Below the pieces are notes generated by a model, which did no database searches, was not told the DNA's origin, and was given only the letters and a program-made list of their open reading frames with translations. A stretch of DNA of 64,000 nt, from contig JBBTQS010000001.1 of assembly GCA_038065555.1 (NCBI GenBank), forward strand, positions 363,751-427,750. The letters are read 5' to 3'. Shown here piece after piece: positions 58,459 to 64,000 of this stretch (positions are counted from its first letter, which is position 1; every line of letters starts with the position of its first letter). A program made the translations under genes and the position numbers. The stretch is from Patescibacteria group bacterium (GTDB taxonomy: Bacteria; Patescibacteriota; Patescibacteriia; Magasanikbacterales; JBBTQS01).

Positions 58459-58630
58459 CAAAAACAACGATAGCTTTGCATCCCTTTCGGGCACGACGTC
58501 AATTCCACTAACCGTGGAATTGCGTCTCGAACTCGGACTGTCGGACAACGTGTCATGCCTAACGGCGATTACGACTGGCCGACCGTCCTCCGTTAGTCCC
58601 TCAAGGAATGCAAAGCTATCGTTGTTTTTG
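58459..58630 (+). repeat. Structured ~172-nt element, copy A (candidate ncRNA or MITE-like element)
   Basis: 22-bp perfect outer stem (CAAAAACAACGATAGCTTTGCA / TGCAAAGCTATCGTTGTTTTTG). Inside it: CCCTTTCGGG, the hairpin CAATTCCAC-TAACC-GTGGAATTG, and GGACTGTCGG...CCGACCGTCC. Homologous to copy B, in the opposite orientation. Confidence 0.6.
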
Positions 58631-58671
58631 TACACACATCACTGTATGAGCGAACACTCCCTCAAAACACA

Positions 58672-58692
58672 CCACCCTCAGAGTTCGTCTGA
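58672..58692 (-). terminator. Terminator hairpin of the 58720-59361 gene
   Basis: CCCTCAGA-GTTCG-TCTGAGGG 28 nt past the stop, followed by TGGTGTGTTTTGAGGG on the minus strand. Confidence 0.45.
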
Positions 58693-58719
58693 GGGTGCGG
58701 TTTGCGATGATGCTACTGA

Positions 58720-59361
58720 CTACTCGCCAGGCAGCAGACCATCGGGGTTGTTGTTGATGTAGAGGTACGAGTAAGGCAGCTGCCGATCCGGGAACCGCGG
58801 AGCCGCCCTGAGCATATCATATGCCCGGGCGAGGAAGATGGAGGCTCCCCCACTTTCCCCTTGCACCTCAGCACACGAACCCGGAGCTCCACTTGCGATG
58901 ATCATATGCTCACGCTTGCGATTGCGCGCGAGTGTGAGCAGCGTCTGGAGTGGACTCGCACTCACAAGATTCAGATTCCGCGCCACTGCATCGTGCACCT
59001 CGAAATCTGCGAACACGAGCACAGGACGAAAGAACAGTGTTACTCCCGCAGGAAGAGAGAGATCGCAGAATCCCAGCTCTTTTTTCACGAACTCATCCAC
59101 TCTCCCAGCCGCATCGTGAATCAATACTTCTTGACCCGTCGAACCAGACACGGTCACAGGCTGCAGATGACACACCATAGCCTCGTCGTGTTCGGTAATC
59201 ACGTTGCATGTGATCATCTGCCGACCCAGCCGCCGTGCGAGCAGTGGATCATCCACTACACCCTGAACCACTGCCTCTTGTTCTTCGAGCGCAAGCCCTG
59301 GAAACGCCGCCAACACCCCACGCGGAAGTGCAGACTGAAATCCTCGATGCTCAATATCCAT
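58720..59361 (-). CDS. Hypothetical protein flanked by the two structured-element copies
   Basis: Probable start MDIEHRGFQSALPRG (ATG at about 59361). About 213 aa. No motif recognised. GC looks slightly higher than the core. Confidence 0.5.
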   Translation of the reverse strand: MDIEHRGFQSALPRGVLAAFPGLALEEQEAVVQGVVDDPLLARRLGRQMITCNVITEHDEAMVCHLQPVTVSGSTGQEVLIHDAAGRVDEFVKKELGFCDLSLPAGVTLFFRPVLVFADFEVHDAVARNLNLVSASPLQTLLTLARNRKREHMIIASGAPGSCAEVQGESGGASIFLARAYDMLRAAPRFPDRQLPYSYLYINNNPDGLLPGE

Positions 59362-59440
59362 GTGAACACCTCCTCGCCCCGAGCTTCGCACACACACAAA
59401 GGCTTGTCAACGCAGGTCATTTACTTGCGCGCACGTACAC

Positions 59441-59614
59441 CGTCGCATTGCGAGGAGTGTGCGTTCCTTGAGGGACTCACGGAGGTCAGCCGGTCGGCCG
59501 TATTCGCCGTGAGGCGGTACGCGTTATCCGGCTGACCGAGTGCGAGACGGCCATTCCCGGTTAGGGAATGGCACGTTGTGCCCGAAAGGGATGCACACTC
59601 CTCGCAATGCGACG
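59441..59614 (-). repeat. Structured ~174-nt element, copy B (inverted relative to copy A)
   Basis: 22-bp perfect outer stem (CGTCGCATTGCGAGGAGTGTGC / GCACACTCCTCGCAATGCGACG). The reverse complement aligns with copy A across CCCTTTCGGGCAC, GCCATTCCC-TAACC-GGGAATGGC, CGTCTCG, GGTCAGCCGG...CCGGCTGACC and TCCGT.AGTCCCTCAAGGAA. Confidence 0.6.
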
Positions 59615-59633
59615 ATAACGCACGCGCAAAGCA

Positions 59634-59660
59634 AAAGACCCGCCACGAGGACGAGTCTTT
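59634..59660 (-). terminator. Weak terminator hairpin after rplL
   Basis: AAAGAC-(15 nt)-GTCTTT followed by TGCTTTGCGCG on the minus strand. Confidence 0.3.
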
Positions 59661-59679
59661 GTGCGAAGTGTGCGACTGA

Positions 59680-60081
59680 TTACTTGAGAGTAACCTTTCC
59701 GCCTGCTTCTTCGATCTGCTTCTTCATTGCCTCTGCGTCTTCCTTCTTGAGGCCTTCCTTTACTACCTTTGGCGCTGCGTCTACGAGATCCTTTGCGTCC
59801 TTGAGGCCGAGACCTGTGAGTTCGCGAACGATCTTGATAACAGCGATCTTGTTAGCACCAGCTTCTGTGAGCTCAACGTTGAATTCCGTCTTCTCTTCTG
59901 CTGGTGTTGCAGCTGCTGCGCCTGCCATTGGCATCATTGCCATTGGAGCTGCAGCCGATACGCCGAACGTTTCTTCGAGAACCTTTACAAGCTCCGAAAG
60001 ATCAAGTACGGACATCGATTCGATGGACTTCACGAGAGAAGCGAACTTCTCTGGTACCACCACGTTCTTTTCTTCTGACAT
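59680..60081 (-). CDS. rplL: 50S ribosomal protein L7/L12
   Basis: [41 protein letters not shown] with an Ala-rich hinge and a C-terminal [14 protein letters not shown]...[10 protein letters not shown]. Confidence 0.95.
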   Translation of the reverse strand: MSEEKNVVVPEKFASLVKSIESMSVLDLSELVKVLEETFGVSAAAPMAMMPMAGAAAATPAEEKTEFNVELTEAGANKIAVIKIVRELTGLGLKDAKDLVDAAPKVVKEGLKKEDAEAMKKQIEEAGGKVTLK

Positions 60082-60092
60082 AGGGGTTTGAT

Positions 60093-60617
60093 TTAGACTT
60101 TTGCGTCTTTAATAGCTGAAAGCACCTGTACGAAATTGCGTGGAACACCAGCGAGTACACGGACGAATCCGGTGATTGGCGCCTGGAGTGTACCAACGAG
60201 CTGTCCGAGCAACTGTTCGCGGCTTGGGAGCGACGCGAGACTCTTCACTTCCGCTGCGGAAATAAATCGTCCCTCGAGAATACCGCCGAGGATCGTGAAA
60301 GATTCATGACCCTTTGCAAAGTCTTGGAAGACCTTGGCAGCGCTAACCTCATCTTGTGTCGCAAGTCCTACCGTGAGTGTACCGCGTACTGACTCGAGAT
60401 CCACCGCTGGCTGATTCGCTTCTTTCAAAGCGATTCCTACAAGCGACTTCTTCGAAACATGACACGTTACACCAGTTGCGCGAGCTTCTGTACGGAGTTT
60501 GCTCGCCTCTTTAATCGAGACGTTCACCATGGAAGCGAATACCGCTGCCTTGGATCCGCGAAGGTGGGCCACCAAGTGACTGACACTTTCCTGCTTTTGC
60601 GCGCGAGTTTTTGGCAT
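60093..60617 (-). CDS. rplJ: 50S ribosomal protein L10
   Basis: [30 protein letters not shown]... is the L10 fold. It lies directly upstream of rplL. ATG at 60617. Confidence 0.9.
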   Translation of the reverse strand: MPKTRAQKQESVSHLVAHLRGSKAAVFASMVNVSIKEASKLRTEARATGVTCHVSKKSLVGIALKEANQPAVDLESVRGTLTVGLATQDEVSAAKVFQDFAKGHESFTILGGILEGRFISAAEVKSLASLPSREQLLGQLVGTLQAPITGFVRVLAGVPRNFVQVLSAIKDAKV

Positions 60618-60799
60618 AAAAAACAAAAACCGTGACTAATGCCACAGTCCATGAGCTACCATCTCTGGCAACTCCCGACTCTTCGACCGCTGAACTACTC
60701 CTAAAAAGAGAGTCCAAGCCTCGGCAGGGTTTATGGCGTGAGCCAACCTGCTGTCTGTGGCGATGGGGCAAGGATACACTGGCTCCTGAAACCTGTCAA
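60618..60799 (-). promoter_or_regulatory. rplJ 5' leader (candidate L10 autoregulatory leader) with a sigma70-like promoter
   Basis: About 150-nt untranslated leader. Minus-strand TTGACA (60799-60794), 17 nt, TATCCT (60776-60771). The leader contains several GC hairpins. Confidence 0.35.
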
Positions 60800-60908
60800 G
60801 AATTACAGCAAACCCCATCCGTAGACCTTAGGTAGTAGTGTATCCTTGCTAAATCAAAACGAGCTCGGACCTTGTTGGTTCGAGCTCGCCCACCGTTCCG
60901 GTGTGTTT

Positions 60909-61871
60909 CTAGTTGGCCTTGCTGCTCTCGTATTCCTCGAGCATCTGCTCATGCTTCTTCCGCCGACGCTCGTTGCGCACGGTGTTGAAGTGAGCAGCGA
61001 TTTTCAGGATGGCTGCGCCTTCGTCCCGAAGCTGCACCTCGCGAGACCCAGGCTTGTGTTCACCGTAGAGAAGCGCGATGGCATGTCCAGGCTGTGGCAC
61101 CGACTGGGAATATGCACGAGGCTGGTGTCGGTGACCCGAAGGCATCTTGACCTCGTACACCGTCTGGCGCATGCGACCCCAGGAGTCGGTGAGTCGATCC
61201 CCGTCAGTGATCACGGTGAGTAGAGACTCTTTCACCATGGCTTCGTAGAGCTCGATCGCGAGCGAGCCCACGATCAAGTCCGACGCCCGCCAGCAGCGAT
61301 TTTCGGGCCGCTGACACTCCGTGATGAAGTCCTGCTTCTCCGCGAAATGCCCCTCCTGAATCGTAGCATTGAGCACACCGCGATGCGCCTTCTGAAGTTC
61401 ATCCCACGCGCGTCGGAAATCTCCTCGGACGATGAACCGACGCGTTTGGTGGGCCCAGTATTCGTCAGCGAGAGAGATGTCGGTCTTGCAGTAGAGCGGA
61501 TGCTCGGGGTGCGTGACCAGGTCTGCGTGATGTGCCAGGAGATGCGCGAGGACCTCGTGTCCCCGTAGAAGTTTCAGGAGTCGACGTGGACTGAGTTCAT
61601 TCTCATCCCACCACAAGGCGGGCATCTGTACCATTGCGGAGAAGAAGCATTTCTGTTGATTTGCACGAGCGAAGTGATCCTGAACCTCGACGATCAGCGC
61701 CTCACCGAACTCGAGATGGCAGCACCGACGCAGAAGTGCGCCAGCACTCATACCCTCTTCAGCCAGCTTGCAGATGATGCGCTTTGCCACCTTGAGGCTC
61801 CGCACCTGCTGAATACCCTCCACGTCATCACGGACGAAGCAGAGCAAAGACAGAAATTGATCTTGATCCAC
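60909..61871 (-). CDS. Hypothetical cytoplasmic protein (320 aa)
   Basis: Long ORF with even codon usage and high apparent GC. His-rich (HLLAHHADLVTHPEHP). No motif recognised. It sits where rplA/rplK would be expected. Confidence 0.5.
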   Translation of the reverse strand: MDQDQFLSLLCFVRDDVEGIQQVRSLKVAKRIICKLAEEGMSAGALLRRCCHLEFGEALIVEVQDHFARANQQKCFFSAMVQMPALWWDENELSPRRLLKLLRGHEVLAHLLAHHADLVTHPEHPLYCKTDISLADEYWAHQTRRFIVRGDFRRAWDELQKAHRGVLNATIQEGHFAEKQDFITECQRPENRCWRASDLIVGSLAIELYEAMVKESLLTVITDGDRLTDSWGRMRQTVYEVKMPSGHRHQPRAYSQSVPQPGHAIALLYGEHKPGSREVQLRDEGAAILKIAAHFNTVRNERRRKKHEQMLEEYESSKAN

Positions 61872-61989
61872 GAGAAGCCTCCTGTCCCAAATGGGGACAC
61901 TGTGAGTCTTTAGCCAACGACATTGTCAGCTGCTGCGCAAAATACACCAAAAGCTGGTTTTTGTCAACCTCTCCTGGCTCAATTCGCAC

Positions 61990-62811
61990 TCACGACTTAT
62001 AAAAATAGAACAAAATATCCTGAAACTTCCCTTGCTGCGCGAGCGGCATTGCGTTGGTGTGGAGGCGGTAGCCGAAGCCTGCGGTTTCCCATTGAGTGAG
62101 GAATGGGGCGAGGGCTGCGGGCTGCTGGTTGATTTGGTGGTGATATTCGAGAATGGCTTGGTCGAGATTCGTGAGGACGTTGTCTCGCGTGAGTGCGCCG
62201 ATGGCTGTGACCTCTCCGCCTTCGATGTCCATTTTGAGCAGCGACACGTTGGTCCCCAGCTCGCGTACGAATTTCGCGAGATCCACTGCTGGAACTTGCA
62301 CTGCATCGTACGCTACACGCCCTTCCACAGTACTTGTCACGAGCGAGCCAGCTGCGCGCGGATCGGTATAGAACGTCATGGTGCCGTCCGCTGCTGCGAC
62401 TGCCGCATGATGCACATGGACGTTGTGCAGAGTATTGCTCTCGATATTTTTGCGAAGTGTGATCACAGTCTGTGGATCTGCTTCGAACGCGTGAATCGTT
62501 GCTTGCGGGTACAGCCAGGAGAAATACAGCGTTGCCATGCCGATGTTGGCGCCCGCATCAATAATGAGCGGCGTCTGCGACGTCGCGCGGAAAAAATATT
62601 CATTATGCACAAAGATCTCGCGGAACAAATACCAAACATTTGCGAACGAATGCGTGTGTACAGTGAATCCAAGGATCAGCGCCTTGTCCGATGGGCGCGT
62701 GATCCACAGTTTCCAGTATGCCCCAAGAACATCCATCTTTTTTGCACGCGAAAGCGGGCTCTTTGCGAGCAGCGCCATGTCGCGAATCATTTGGTAGATC
62801 CCGCTCAACAT
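61990..62811 (-). CDS. FkbM-family SAM-dependent methyltransferase
   Basis: Trimmed to the ATG at 62811 to avoid a 131-nt overlap with the upstream gene. Motif I (IIDAGANIGMATLYF) and FkbM-like FEADPQTVITLRKNIESN. Confidence 0.75.
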   Translation of the reverse strand: MLSGIYQMIRDMALLAKSPLSRAKKMDVLGAYWKLWITRPSDKALILGFTVHTHSFANVWYLFREIFVHNEYFFRATSQTPLIIDAGANIGMATLYFSWLYPQATIHAFEADPQTVITLRKNIESNTLHNVHVHHAAVAAADGTMTFYTDPRAAGSLVTSTVEGRVAYDAVQVPAVDLAKFVRELGTNVSLLKMDIEGGEVTAIGALTRDNVLTNLDQAILEYHHQINQQPAALAPFLTQWETAGFGYRLHTNAMPLAQQGKFQDILFYFYKS

Positions 62812-62812
62812 A

Positions 62813-63505
62813 TTACGGACGGATCCACGTGCCGTGGAATGCCTTGCCACTGACCAGTCCTGGTAATTCCGCAAGGCGTTCACCTGAGAGAACCGCAACG
62901 CTAATCTTGTGCTTGCGCGCGAACTTGGTTGCAATCGGATCAAATGGCGTGTGCATTCCTGGCGTCCACTTCTCCCCTACGATTTCTTGCATTTGCTTCC
63001 ACGTGAGCGTGAGATGACGTTGCGCATCTGGAAACTGTTTCGGATCCTTGTCATACACATACTCGACGTTGCTGAGGTTCACCGCACACGTTGCCTTGTA
63101 CGCACGTGCGAGCTGCACTGCAACGAGATCCGAGGAATTACCAGGCTGATGGCCGCCAGCAATAACTACTTTTCCTTTTGGCAACTTTTTTGCGAGTGGA
63201 TTGGAGATGATCTCAGGCGCTGCAAGATCTCGCAACACACTCCAGATATATCGAGCGTTCGCGTGGGATGCGCCGATCCCTGCCCAATCCAATATTTCGT
63301 TGTCCTTGATTCCAAGTGCTCGCACGCGGTCCTGATACATGCGCGCTGGCGCACCGCCGCCAGTTACGATGACAAAACGTGTACCACCCTTCACCATGCG
63401 CGTAATGAGCGCACGGAACTGCTTTACGAACGCCACCCCATCCCCTTCTGCAGGAGCAATGAGTGATCCGCCCAGTGACATCACAATCGTCTGATTTTTC
63501 GCCAT
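62813..63505 (-). CDS. pyrH: UMP kinase-like amino-acid-kinase-family protein (archaeal-type PyrH)
   Basis: IVMSLGGSLIAP..., FVIVTGGGAPAR and VVIAGGHQPGNSSD are amino acid kinase fold motifs. At 230 aa the size fits archaeal-type UMP kinase. Isopentenyl-phosphate kinase is not excluded. Confidence 0.6.
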   Translation of the reverse strand: MAKNQTIVMSLGGSLIAPAEGDGVAFVKQFRALITRMVKGGTRFVIVTGGGAPARMYQDRVRALGIKDNEILDWAGIGASHANARYIWSVLRDLAAPEIISNPLAKKLPKGKVVIAGGHQPGNSSDLVAVQLARAYKATCAVNLSNVEYVYDKDPKQFPDAQRHLTLTWKQMQEIVGEKWTPGMHTPFDPIATKFARKHKISVAVLSGERLAELPGLVSGKAFHGTWIRP

Positions 63506-63509
63506 AGTA

Positions 63510-64000
63510 TTACAAGGTTAAGCGTGTTCCTTTGCGCGTGACCAACCCGTCGCGCACTAACGACTCTATAATAGCATGGAGCCGTGGAGTGTCGAGCATG
63601 AGGCGCTTCCCCACCTCCACCACAGTCACTGCAGATTCCGCGCGCAGGATCGTCATAATTTTGCCACGATACCATCGATTGGACCCTGCGAATACTCCTT
63701 GCGAACTCTTTGTGACATTACGTTTCACTCGTGTGCCTGCTTCGAACTGCGGTCGTGCCTTGCAGATATCTCGCAGCGGACACACAGCACACTTGGGCGC
63801 GACTGCGACGCAAATTGTTGCACCAATATCCATGAGCGCTTGGTTGAACCGATAGTGACCATCGCGAACTGTGCTGAGCTGCGCGCTGATGCGTGCGAGT
63901 TGTGCAACCACGCGTGTCTCCATTGCCTGATTGCCCGCACTCGCCGCACGCTGCGGCTGACCGAAGAACACGCGCTGCACCACACGACGATGATTCGTGT
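63510..64000 (-). CDS. HhH-GPD DNA glycosylase (endonuclease III / MutY-like), C-terminal part; gene continues past the window end
   Basis: FNQALMDIGATIC and the [4Fe-4S] loop C-x6-C-x2-C-x5-C (CVAVAPKCAVCPLRDIC), followed by an extra C-terminal domain of about 90 aa. Confidence 0.75.
   Translation of the reverse strand, partial: TNHRRVVQRVFFGQPQRAASAGNQAMETRVVAQLARISAQLSTVRDGHYRFNQALMDIGATICVAVAPKCAVCPLRDICKARPQFEAGTRVKRNVTKSSQGVFAGSNRWYRGKIMTILRAESAVTVVEVGKRLMLDTPRLHAIIESLVRDGLVTRKGTRLTL

Noticed and set aside
58459-59614. Interpreting the two structured elements as the ends of an IS200/IS605-type insertion sequence
   Set aside because: The enclosed ORF lacks the HUH (HxH) Y1-transposase motif and the TnpB/RuvC motifs, and the element copies are inverted rather than distinct LE/RE hairpins. 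A MITE-like or ncRNA interpretation fits better, but it remains unproven.

Overview
This 64-kb window reads as a compact, mostly minus-strand bacterial chromosome segment. Codon usage is standard (TGA acts as a stop) and GC looks to be roughly 50-55% by eye. Gene content and style (DUF4012 protein, short TsaB, glyQS-type GlyRS, many 1-4 nt gene overlaps) are compatible with a small-genome lineage such as Patescibacteria/CPR. That is a low-confidence inference only.

Housekeeping genes identified by conserved motifs in the supplied translations:
- DNA repair and replication: uvrA (partial), uvrB, recJ, rnhA, holB (DNA polymerase III delta-prime), nth/mutY-like glycosylase (partial).
- Translation: lepA, glyQS, frr, rpmG, rplJ, rplL, tsaB.
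- Heat shock: a CIRCE-controlled hrcA-grpE-hsp20-dnaK-dnaJ operon.
- Envelope and membrane: murJ, uppP, mreB, a type-II NADH dehydrogenase (ndh), a GT2 (QxxRW) glycosyltransferase, a GT4 glycosyltransferase, a MacAB-like ABC exporter with tandem FtsX permeases and an adaptor, a DsbA-like protein.
- Metabolism: tpiA, an M16 peptidase, a UMP-kinase-like protein.

Four tRNA genes were found by eye: Trp-CCA, Thr-UGU, Tyr-GUA and Thr-GGU.

Three regions stand out as accessory or novel:
- A roughly 6-kb segment bounded by tRNA-Tyr and tRNA-Thr(GGU), at about 35.9-41.8 kb. It holds two tandem pairs of uncharacterised paralogous genes and a 766-aa repeat plus coiled-coil protein. GC appears higher here, and the region uses three look-alike ACACCCC...GGGGTGT terminator hairpins.
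- Two diverged, oppositely oriented copies of a roughly 170-nt structured element (58459-58630 and 59441-59614) flanking one hypothetical gene. Compensatory base changes between the copies point to a conserved RNA fold.
- A 480-nt structured intergenic gap upstream of uvrB that may hold an ncRNA.

All functional calls rest on my reading of motifs in the translations. No database search was run.
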